Shown: positions 34,545 to 45,647 of the stretch, one piece after another
Layout: the number at the start of each line of letters is the position of its first letter
Position numbering within the stretch: position 1 is the stretch's first letter
NCBI GenBank assembly: GCA_030704615.1
Contig: CM060734.1
Location: 1,488,001 to 1,552,000 of the forward strand
DNA length: 64,000 nt
Origin: Takakia lepidozioides
Lineage: Eukaryota > Plantae > Bryophyta
Direction: 5' to 3'
Translations under genes and position numbers: made by a program
The notes under the pieces: model-generated
What the model was told of the DNA's origin: nothing
Databases searched by the model: none
The model's input: only the letters and a program-made list of their open reading frames with translations

Positions 34545-37205
34545 CTGCAGTGGGAGGAGATAGCAGATTTGGTGAGTCGGTTGTGGTGTGTTGCAGCAGT
34601 GATAACACATTTGTGGAGGCTAAGTTCCAGGCCAGACCATTGGTTAAAGCGGTATAATTTGGTGACTTGTCTGTTCAGGTGTTGTGGTTTATGTGCGAGG
34701 ATGGCAAGGTCATCGGCATAAGCTGCTGCTGAGATTTCGCATGAGGAGGTTTTGTATTGATATCCAAGTTTCCCATGGGCAATCCAACGCAATAGGGGTT
34801 CCAAGAAGACGATGAATAGGTAAGGGCTTAAGGTATCGCCTTGGATAGTGCCACGTAAGATGGGAATGGGTGGGGTGGATCCATAGAATGCCCCAAAGTA
34901 TTCGGTAGAACTGTTTGTATAGATGTTGCCTATGAGTTGAACGGCATCTGTGGGGTAGCCAAGGTTGACGGTAAGTAATCGAGCATGATCAAGGGAGCCA
35001 AATGCATTTTTAAAGTCGATATATAGTAGATAGATGTCTTGTTTGGTAAGCTTAGTGTCTTCCAGTGCAAATATGACATATTGTATCTGACGGGTGGTGC
35101 TTCTGGTAGCCCTGAAGCCCTCTTGGGGGTCGCTTAGGATACGATGTTGTTCTCCATAGGTTGAGAGCATTGTGGTTTAGAGTGCTAGTGAATACTTTAT
35201 AAATGGTGTTTGCAAGTGCTATGGGTCGGTAGTTAGTGAGGTCTTTAGGATCCCCTTTTTTGAATAGCAAAATGGTGCGGCTGTGCTTCCAGGAGTGTGG
35301 GATGCGCCGTAATTGGTAGCAAAGTTGGAAGAATGTGAAAAGGAGACGGTGGAGTTGCGGGTCGAGCGCTTGGAGTATGGCGTTTGGGATTAGATCGGGG
35401 CCGGGGGCTTTGGATTTAGATAGGGCTTTGAGACAGGTTTCATAGAGGTCGATAGTGAATAGGTCAAAGATATGGGCTGTTGGGGAACCTCGTTTATCCA
35501 ATGAAAAGCCGTCAATATCGTGCCATGGGTAATATTTGGCTTTGCACATGCAGTGGGGAATGTGGAGGTTAGGTTGTAGGCAGTTAACAACCGTGGGTGT
35601 GTATGATGTTGATGCTTGGGTCCATATCTCATCGTTGATGTCCTTAGGGTTGGTTAGGAGGTGGCCTAGCCGGTGCTGGATACAGTCAATGGGTGGGTTG
35701 AGTGCCGGATTGAAAATGGCTTTGTGGGCGGTATTTGTAAATTGGGAGGGAGCGGAGCAGGGGTGACTGGATGTTGTAGGTGTGGGGGGATCGCTACTAT
35801 GATCAAGTGTGGGCAAGGGGGGTGAGGGTGGTGGGGTAGGAGAGGGATGGTATCTGGTAATGGTGGATCTGGCTTGGATGGTGGCAGTTAGGATGTTATT
35901 GGATAGGAATGGAAATTTGTTAACGATAGTTTGAGGGTCTGTGAGGTTTGTGAGCTATTCACCGAGAATTTTGTGGACTTCCCCAGGTTTGGATTGTAGG
36001 AGATGGAGTGATGCGTGCAGGTCAAATAAATAATGTGGAGGGCCCAAATATTGGTGAGGCTGTATTGGTAGGTTTTGGAGTTTTAGTAGGAGTGCGCGCA
36101 CATGTGCATCGTTATGGGCCTCAAAGTAGTCATTGCAAACTGTGGGTAATGGGGAGATGATGATGATTAGGGAGAATAGAAGGTGTTGCAAGGGGTGGTC
36201 TTTGAGGTCGCGGGTAACTTTGGCAAGTGTTGGGTATTGGCAGCTGGGGAGGCCGAAGGTGGCAATGGGTTGTGTGGGTGGATGGTTAGTGGTAGATGGG
36301 TGAAGGAGAAAGGGAGAGAAGTGAGCATAGAGATGTTGACAGGCAGGTGTAAGTGAGTATCTTTCCTGAGGATCGGTGGGGAGTTCGGTAATGATATCAA
36401 TAATAGTATTAGGCCCTAGGTTGGGATGGATGTCTCCACACCGCAACAATATAAGGGATGCACATGTAATTCGGAATTTATTGTAGTGGGACCGGGGGTG
36501 GTGTAGGGAGTGTTTGGAAGCTAGGGGGTGCTGACGGTACCGACCATGAGGGCAGTGGGTAATAAGATAGGGTTTGGTGGGATGGCAGATATGTGAGTAT
36601 GTGGGGTAGGTGGGATGTAGGGGGTGCGGGTGATAAAGCAAGGGAGGGGTGGTGTTATGAGGGGTGGTGTTATGAGCGCTGGTGGAGCTGGTGGAGGTTG
36701 TATGACACAAAGGTTCAACCAATGGGTTGTGATTTTGAGAAGAGTGGTTTTTAAGGTGGTCGCTGTATGGAGGGTGGTATAGATGTATAGTGGGTTGTGA
36801 GAGGGTGAGGGTTGAGGTGCGTGATGTGGCAGAAATAGGGTAAGTAGGTGAGTGGTATGGGTGAAAGTCATGGCGCAGGGGCATGGATGAGAGAGCTTGT
36901 GGACGTGCGAGGTAGTCATGACATGTGGCAGGGTACTACGCGCAGAGGAGTTGGGTTGGGCGTGTTATATGCACGTGGCGCCCTTTATATATTGGTAAGT
37001 GGCTTGGGCACGTAGGAGAGAGCGTAGGAGTGGTATTTTGGCTGGCGGAAGGGAATGGTGTAAGGTAAGGGTGCGGTGGATGTAAAGTGATCGGTGGATG
37101 AGTATTTGTTTGGGGTGAGGGGAATGAAAACGGAGGGGTACCTAGAGTGGGTGATGAGGGGGGGTGATTTTGAAAATGTGTTTGATGCGGGCAACAGCCA
37201 GTACA
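34545..37205 (-). mobile_element. RandI/Dualen-like LINE 5' and RT part, 3'-truncated
   Basis: KAPGPD, YRPIALANTIYK, QEGFR, IDFKNAFGS, RGTIQGDTLSP, YADDL (ORFs 35052-35816, 34247-35170); upstream Pro/His/Thr-rich ORF with CGDIHPNLGP. Confidence 0.88.
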
Positions 37206-37387
37206 AGGCTATAAGTCCACTATTTTCTACAGAAGATTGTTACTTTTCTACTGAACATTTTTCCCAACACGAATAAAGTGGAACTTTCGATTACGACGAC
37301 TGCAGTAGATTGTAGTTCACGGAAGATATGCTGGGAATTTGACTTCCACAGCGGGAACACAAGGATTTCCAAAATGCATATTTTTAT

Positions 37388-37774
37388 TCACGAAGGGAAT
37401 AACATTTGAACAACATAAGGTTGCAAATCAAACAGTTCTATGGCGAGGACCCGCGCGGCGCGATCACTATCCAAAGCATCCCCGGACTGATCGATGGAAG
37501 GCTGCCCTTCACAAACCTCCGATCCTTCGCTACTGCTATTGCTATTACTCTCTGCAACCCTCCCCTCAAATATACCATCCTCACCAGTTGGAACTGACCA
37601 CCTAGGTTTGGAAGTCTCCTCATCATCCCCGTCGCTCTTAGACGCGGATTCTATGACCCATTTGCCTACTCTGGCTTTCACAATTCCATGTTTAGCCTCA
37701 CGCTTCATTATAATTCTCTGCTCCTTTTCCCATAGCAACTGCTCCAACCGGTTAGGTCTTTCCGCCCTCATCAT
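37388..37774 (-). pseudogene. Fragment homologous to the C-terminal domain of the methyltransferase-like gene
   Basis: PNRLEQLL..RE..RVGKWVIESA..SD..WSVPTGEDGI vs PSRVEQVL..RE..RVRQFVCDSA..SD..WTVPQGEDGI. Confidence 0.7.
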
Positions 37775-37789
37775 CTCAAAGATCCCGAG

Positions 37790-38145
37790 TCACGGATTTC
37801 TAACAAAATCCGTGCGGATTTCACCGTACAATGTATTCGTACTACATCCGTGGGGTTGGACGTATCTTTATGGCACGGATGTGACATCCATCACTGTAAT
37901 GCGAAAGCCGTGTCATTGTAATGTTTGACGCAATGATATTAATTACACCCGAAATCCATGTGAGACAAAATCCGTGCGACAATCGCACGTTAGAGATGGA
38001 AGGTGGACAGAGCACGGAATACGCACGAATTGCACCAATGCAGATTTAGTATCAATTTGGCATCACATTAGAGCCTTGTAATGATTCTGTGTATTTTCAA
38101 CACTCCTTAACTTTGCGACAAATAGTCGTGCGAAATCCATGCGAT
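37790..38145. repeat. Dispersed AAATCCGTGCGA-type motifs in both orientations, resembling transposon subterminal repeats
   Basis: About 10 direct and inverted degenerate copies. Confidence 0.55.
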
Positions 38146-39467
38146 ATGGTTCATTGACGATGGTCATGTAGATTCAGTACCAAATTATGGCTAACAGTTG
38201 CTGTGGTTTTTGCCTCCTAGTTATTTGCTTGGGAGGAATCCCTCTCTCCCCAGTTTTATCAGGCATATACGTGGATTGTATCGGAAACCAAGTTCTTATA
38301 TCAAGAAGCTTTGAATTTCTATGGCACAGGTAGGAGAGAACCTATGGGGTTGGGAGATCATGGAGTGGAGCGCTATTTGAGTGGATTGTGGGACGAAATC
38401 CTAGGGGGTGCACTCTTTATAAAATGTGTGTATCACGTGCGTTCGCCGACTAATTAAAAAACCCGGTCCTTGGATAATTTATACCCCCTCTGTACATACT
38501 TCTTGAAGATTATAAAACCCTCTCCTGAATTATTAAAAAGTACCCCCTCTGTATGTATATCCCCCTTTTCAATCATTAAAAAATACCCTAAAATATGTAT
38601 ATGTTTGCTTGTATATTATATCAAGTTTATTGATTTAAAAACAGAATAAAATCTAGTAAATTAATTAAAAAATATCTATTTGCCCTTGATAAAATTATGA
38701 AAGACTTGCAGGTCATTGTAATTGCGTTTCCCTCCAACACCACATATCTTCCATAATACTAATAAGCTGAGCCAGCTTATAGAGTAGTTTTTAAGCTACC
38801 TACCATGTTGATTAAGTACTAAATAACATCATGGTTTCAGTTCTGAATTAGAATGTATTGTTAAAGACATCTTATCTCCAGAGTCTGGGGTTTTCAGATG
38901 CATAATGTTATCTCTGGATTAACCACCAAATGGTACAATATATACTCTTATCTATGGCTGGTGAACAGAACCATGCTAGTAGATTCTGTATACTTTAATG
39001 ATAAAGAGCACTAAGAGTATGTGCTACTCTGTGTCAATAAAGCTCAAGGCTGGTACAGATGTAAGTTGCTCTGTGAACTGAAAGCCTAAGTAATAAAGGG
39101 CATTGGGATTGTAATTTACTCTGTCGATGAAACTCAAGGCTGGTATAGTATGTAAGCTGCCCCTTGAGATTTCTCAAGTACTTGGCTTCTGAAGGTATAG
39201 CAGATGAGCCTCATACACACGTAGCACACTACCCCACACCTCAAACAATTGCAGTTCCAGCCCACAGCCAACGTTTTCTTGAGCTAAAAACAGGGTGAAA
39301 TGTGGTGAAGAAGGTGCCTTCATTAGCAGTGCCTGATTTTATCAATTGTGCCGCTGTTGTTGCGGCTTCCAGTTGACCATCTACCCATGCATGTTTCTTG
39401 TAGCTATCCTTCAGGGAATCATAGCTAATCTGAGCTTGAAATCCGGCCCTCTTGCATTAATCTGGAG

Positions 39468-40248
39468 CACCCCTTCCCCCATCACTTGCTCATAGGTCTC
39501 CAAAGCCTCCCTCCCGCGCCCCTGCTGTCCATACCCTGCCTGTAGCAGCGTTCCACGGCACCACATCTCGTTCAGCCATAGTGTTGAACACTCCTTTCGC
39601 ATCCTTGATGCTCCCACATTTGGCATACATGTCCACCAGAGCAGTGTTCAGGATGACATCTGGTATAATTGCAGATTTGATGATGTCACCATGGATCTCT
39701 TTGCCCTTTTCCAAGGCTGCCAAGCTCGCACACGCATTGCAAACGCACACAAACGTGACGTGGTCGGGCTTCACCCCTCCCCCATCATTTGCTCATAGGT
39801 CTCCAAAGCCTCCATCCCGCACCCCTGCTGTGCAGACCCTACAAGCATCGAGTTCCACGACACTACATCTCGTTTAGCCATAGTGTTGAGCATTCCTATC
39901 GCATCCTCGATGCTCCCACATTTGGCATACATGTCCACCAGAGTAGTGTTCAGGATGACATCTGGTACAATTGCAGATGATGTCACCATGGATCTCTTTG
40001 CCCTTTTCCAGGGCAGCTCGCACACGCACACAAACGTTATGTGGTCGGGCTTCACCCCTCCCCCATCCTTTGCTCATCGGTCTCCAAAGCCTCCATCCCG
40101 CGCCCCTGCTGTGCAGACCTTGCAAGCATCGAGTTCCACGACACCACATCTCGTTCAACCATAGTGTTGAACACTCCCTTCGCATCCTCGATGCTCCAAC
40201 ATTTTGCATACATGTCCACCAGGGCAGTGTTCATAATGACATCTGGTA
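39468..40248 (-). pseudogene. PLS-class pentatricopeptide repeat fragments, ~2.7 tandem triplets
   Basis: PDHVTFVCVCNACASLAALEKGKEIH..PDVILNTALVDMYAKCGSI.DA..VF..M.ERDVVSWN; frameshifted; no E/DYW domain. Confidence 0.93.
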
Positions 40249-40329
40249 ATCTGACAGGCATTCACTTTTTTGCCTCGGTTGTCTCACCATTGACTGGGGT
40301 CAAGTATTCATTCCACAACTTCTCCTCCT

Positions 40330-41350
40330 CTCTGTTACCTGTTTTTTGATATTTTCCTGTTGTCACAGTGGCAGTATCATGTCAAAGTCACTCCAAACTA
40401 GATTCATCCAACCAGCTAACTTGCAGAAATCAACATGGAATTTTAGGGCCAATTCTGATAAGAAGGAAGAACATGATGAAATGTGTCGAAGAAGGTGTCT
40501 TGAGTAGCAATGCCTGATTTTATCAATTGTGTCGCTGCTGCTGTGGCTTCCAGTTGACCATCTACCCATGCAGGTTTCTTGTAGCTATCCTTCCACATGG
40601 AATCATCGGTAATCTGGAGCTTGAAATCTGGTCTTCTTGGATGAATCTGGACCCCACTCTATCCCTGCTCCTTCAGCTGTCCATGCTAGTACTCTTGCCC
40701 TTTACCTCTTTAACCTCTGTCACAGTTCTGGGCATAACCTGCACATCAGGGATTTCCTTGGGCAGACTCTTCATCTTTGGTACTATGGGTTCTCCGACCA
40801 TGCCAGAGTTTTCATAGAGAAGGTTGCACTTCTCAATTTCTGCCACTACTTGCTCTGTAGTAGGGATGTCCAACCCCTTTCTCTTCACAGTAAGATGCTC
40901 CGGTGTAACAGCATGTCCGGTCTGAGTTACCACTGGGGCAACCTGGTCAGCTTGCTGTGCTGGCCATGATACTGAGATGACTTCTTATCCCTCTCTAATG
41001 GCCGTGCTTCCAGTAATAACAGCCCATTGTGCTGCTGCACCCCATCCTGTGCAGGAGCTATGGAAACATCATCGTGAAGGTTCCTTATGGCCAGTGGATC
41101 CGCCATTACAGTTGCGTCCCTCTTCTATCTCTTGGACTGGTGCTGCCTCTCTAAACCTCATTCACCTTGTGAAGAGCCTTGCTCCTCAACTGCAGTTGTG
41201 ACTGCCTCAAACACTCCCATTACTTTGCGTTCTTGCGCATCAAGCAAGCAAAAATTAAAGATGATCTATGCAATAATTGGGCCAGACACAATAATTGGGG
41301 ACTTGGCAGTAGTATTCTGTAATTGTTTCATCTCCTCCACCAGACCACTG
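40330..41350 (-). mobile_element. Diverged GyA accessory-ORF fragment; a sub-segment is repeated at ~39290-39465
   Basis: DIPTTEQVVAEIEK.NLLYENSG vs DIPSTEQVMAEIEKGDLFYENSG; colinear with ~47900-48540. Confidence 0.8.
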
Positions 41351-41735
41351 TGTCTAGTTATCTTCCTGACGTGATGTGGCCTGGACACATCAGACGTCAC
41401 ATCGGACGTGTGTCACGTCACGTCGAATCCGGACGTTTACTCAAGTAATTTTTTTTTATTTGACTTTTACAATTTACTTCTACCCTTTGTAATGACATGG
41501 CAGCCACGGTGTAAAACAGATGTGGCCAATTATTAAATTTTATTAATTTATTTTAAAAAATACGTCCGTCCAAAAATACGGACGCTTAAAAGTTATTATT
41601 TTTTAAATCAAGCGACCACCCATATTGGCGGTCGCTTGTAATTTAATATTTTATTAAATTAAGCGACCGCCTATATTGGCGGTTGCCGGCAATTTATGAA
41701 GTTTTAAATGGAGCAATTGCGCCTGTTGCTGATCA

Positions 41736-42415
41736 TGTCAAGGACGAGAACATGACTGAACACAAACAAGAGATCAGACTAGAGGTACAAGACTAGACAA
41801 GAAATCAAGGTCGGCGTGGCCGAATGCATGGTGGGTAAACATGAATCAAAATGATCTTTATGACAATGGACAAGAGTACAAGATACTGGAACTCGACTCG
41901 AATACTGGAATGCTGGAAACTGGACTGGGGTACCAGATACTGGAAACTGGACTAGAGTACTGGAAGCTGGACTGGAAAACTGGGACTGGGAACAAGAGTA
42001 GCTTGAACTTGTGTCGGCGAGACTGAAGAGTGTTCAGTCTCGCCTCCTATATATACTGGCTATTAAGAAGTTCCCTAATAAGCTTCTCCTATAGAGGTTT
42101 CTTGATGGAGAAGTTTCCAAGATTAAATAAAGGTTTCTTGATGGAGAAGCTTCCTTAAGCAAAGGAGGTATCTTGATGGAGAAGTTTCATCCAAAAGAAG
42201 CTTCCTGAGCAGTTTCCCAAGTTACTCTTGGTAATTTGGTAAATTCTCGATAACTTGGTAACTAATGGTAAATCATGGTAGATCATGGTAAATCATGGTA
42301 GATCATGGTAAATCATGGTAAATTACGGTAAGTCATGGTAACTTCCGGTAACATGGTAATTTGGTAACTTCTGGTATTTTCTCCTGGTAAGTTTCTCTGG
42401 GCTATGTCCGTGACA
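41736..42415 (-). repeat. Tcn1-like chromovirus 3' LTR (680 bp, TGTCA...TGACA)
   Basis: Homologous to 59291-59915; PPT AGAGGAGGGGG at 42419-42429; internal ACCATGATT-type repeats. Confidence 0.92.
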
Positions 42416-44562
42416 TCACCCCCTCCTCTAGCGCCGAGTTCCTCGAGGAGCGGTAAAATCTTGGACTTGCTTAGAGCTGGAGAAAATCCAAAATCCGGCG
42501 AAGGGTACTTGCCAAGTATTCGGCTCTCGTTCTTGACTCAAATGATTTATAGGTCCCTGCAACCATTGATAGTGTCCAACACTTTGAACTTGGGACCACG
42601 CAGTCATTTGAACATTCTGATTTTTTAAGCTGCCTTCAAACATGATTTCGTTGCCCTCTGGGTCCGAAGCCTCAACCTCCAATAGAATTATCAGACTTCG
42701 AGTAGGCTCCACTTGCCGTCGTACGGGGTCTAGACGATGAAGTACGCGTCGCATTGGTGACCCATCGTCTCGAGAGCGTCGGCATGATGTTGAAGGTCGT
42801 GAGAGTCGGAATGGCTGATCTGGTAGTTGGGTAAGCGACAACTCCAATGTATCTGGTTCTTGTGACTCCATGCTGCCAATGCAAGAGTGCTGGAAGTGTA
42901 GCTATATATACTGATGTGTGGTGTTCCTCCCTCCTTAGCGTGTATTAGGTACATTGAATGTGGAATCTTCACCTTGAAGCTAACTTGGTTGACATCATCG
43001 TTGTGACGTCTTATTGACGTGTAGCTCGGGGGCTTAGCTGGATATTGTTGATGAAACTCTTGGACTTTGTCAGATGCATTGGTGAGGTTGGATGAAGGTT
43101 CCCACGTTCGTTCGCTGATGTCGTAGCCTTTCCAATGTATGAAATACTCAAGACGTTTATACTTGATGCGAGAGTCTACTTCATACTCAATTTCCTGATT
43201 GACTTCGATTGGTGGAGGTGGTACGGAGACTCTCCCTGGAATATTCGATGGATGATACAACTCCAATAATGAAACACGAAAGACTGGATGGATGCGTATA
43301 CTTCGTGGGAGTTCAAGCCGAAAACTGACCGGATTTATTTGTCGAATAATTTTGAATGGTCCCAGGCGTTGATAATCCAACTTCCTTGATGGACGCGAGG
43401 TTTGTATGTCCCGTCGAAGAAGCCACACACGATCTCCGACCTTGAACTGGGGTTGGAGTTGGCGATGTTGATCTACATACTCCATGTATTGTTTTTGAGC
43501 TTCTGCGAGGTGAAATGTAAGTTCCTTGTGAATCGTAGCAAGATGAGTAGCAAGGTTTTCTGCAGCAGGGCTTCTAACAGTTTTCATGTGGAAAGGGTTT
43601 GCTCGAGGATAATGACCATAATTGGAGAAAAATGAAGTTTTCTTGGTCGAAGAATGTATAGTGTTGTTGTAGGCAAACTCAGCCAATGACAGAAGGTCCG
43701 TCCAATTATCTTGGTGATAATTTATCGTACAGCGAAGATACTGTTCCAAAATCTGGTTTACATGTTCAGTTTGACCATCAGTCTGTGGATGATTAGCTAT
43801 AGAGAGGTTGATCTTAGTATCCGTGAAATAATCCCCTCCAGAAATTTGATATGAACTGTGGTCCTCGATCAGATATGATGTCCTTCGGGAGTCCATGAAT
43901 GCGGTAGATATTATTGAGGAAGAGTCTTGCAGTTTCCTCGCCGGTAACCATCTTATTACATGGAATGAAATGTGTCATCTTCGTAAAACGATCTACAATA
44001 ACAAGGATTGAATCGGTGGTCTTGGAAATTGGAAGGTCCGTAATAAAGTCCATAGACACGGACGACCATGGACCCTTGGGAATGGGTAATGGTTGAAGAT
44101 GGCCGTAAGGTCGATGTCGTGGTCCTTTTGCTCTAGCACACGTGTCGCAAGATTTTATAAAAAAATTCACGAGTTTCCACATCTGCGGCCACCAATAGTC
44201 CCTGGATATCAATTCCATTGTTTGTTGAAGCTGAAATGTCCTGCAGCCAGAAGATCATGACATGTTTGAAGAATTTGAAGTCGTGTAGGTCCTGGAGGTA
44301 CATAGAGAAGTCCCTTGAAATAAAGTAAGTCATCTTTGAATTCGAAGTCATTTGTAACATGTAGGTTGTCTCGAGGTCGATTTAGTTGACTTCGTAGTGT
44401 CGTAGCAAATTGGTCGCTCTTCAATGCTTCCTGAATCTCCTTTATGATCTCTGCATCGTCATAGGTGGACATGGATAGCATATTCAATTGGAGATTTGCT
44501 GGTTTCAAGATGATGGATTTCTGTTGGTCGAAAGCTGCCTCCCATTTTTTCGGCGCAAGATA
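42416..44562 (-). mobile_element. Tcn1-like chromovirus 3' half: integrase, GPF motif, chromodomain, 3' region
   Basis: CHDLLAAGHF, YWWP, SMDFITDLP, HPQTDGQTE, LGPF, EYEV..YFIHWKGYDISERTWEP; ends at the GyA LTR within the RH-INT linker. Confidence 0.92.
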
Positions 44563-45468
44563 TGTCGAGCGGCTTTTACTCACCCATCCCTTCGCTATCC
44601 GAGGTGGAAACTCCAAGATAGAAGAGTTGGATATCTCTAAGCACTCAGCCCGCTCAGAACAATCAGTCATGACCTACAGCTAGTGAATCATGGTTGTGCT
44701 TCCTATTTGTATTCCTTCTTGCCTTCATGTTATCAATTTACCTTACTATGTATACTGAAGCATCAGATTGCTTCAGTATCTACCAAGTTCCAATTAATCA
44801 TGCATTCATTCCACAGCTTCTCTCATGTCTCTCTACACAATATGTTTGTATCGAATTAGTATCAGATTAAGATTAATCAAGTATCAGGCCTATGCCATGG
44901 TGTCCCTAATCTACCCTACTGTATGATTCTACAGCTTGTATGAATTAACCCTCAATCAAGTCATCATCTCCTCTTCACTGTTTCCACTCTTCGTTTCATC
45001 TCCCCTCCCCTGACCAAGTCGCGCTCCTCAAGAAGTGATCCCCTTCATGTTGCCACCCTGCCTCATCTCCCCGCAAGCTGTTCTAACCACCTAACTAACT
45101 AACCGTCACCCCTGAAGTAACACGTTCCCTCTGTAGATGTCGTTCCCACACAGTCGTTCCCTGTCAATGATAACCGTTCCCCATGTACGCTGTGACAGGC
45201 TGTGACTGTGCTGAGTTGTAACTGGCTGTGTAAAACTGTGTCGGGCTGTGACTGGCTGTGCGAAGCTGTGTCTGGCTGTGATAGACTATGACGGACTGTG
45301 ACTGGCTGTGTGAAGCTGTGTCTGGCTGTGTCTACCCCCCCTAAAGCCTGCGCCTGCCACCCCTAAGGCTCCTGTTGGTCTCAGTCTACCATCCGTAAGT
45401 CTGCACAAAAATTAAGGGTACCCCACAGAACCCATAAAAGCGACTAAGTCCCAAGCAGCCCTCTAACA
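44563..45468 (-). repeat. GyA 3' LTR (906 bp)
   Basis: tgtcgagcgg...ctctaaca; adjacent PPT. Confidence 0.93.
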
Positions 45469-45647
45469 TTACCCCTCTCTATCTCAAAAAGCCGTGTCCT
45501 CACGGTTTACTGTTTAGGATCAGCAAACCTTTGTGAGCGAGCACCCTTCTGACGGTGAAAGTCTCGTGAAGGACTCCGTGTGCGAGCCCGAGCCCTGTCA
45601 CTGGCTGATGGAGGCGATTGAGAACTACCTGGAAATGTCTGACCCTC

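Noticed and set aside
25505-37205. One LINE with a twin-priming 5' inversion
   Set aside because: The two parts are tail-to-tail; twin priming would put the inverted part upstream of the 3' segment.
44209-44670. 153-aa ORF as a gene
   Set aside because: It is a chance read-through from the GyA LTR end into the interrupted chromovirus pol.
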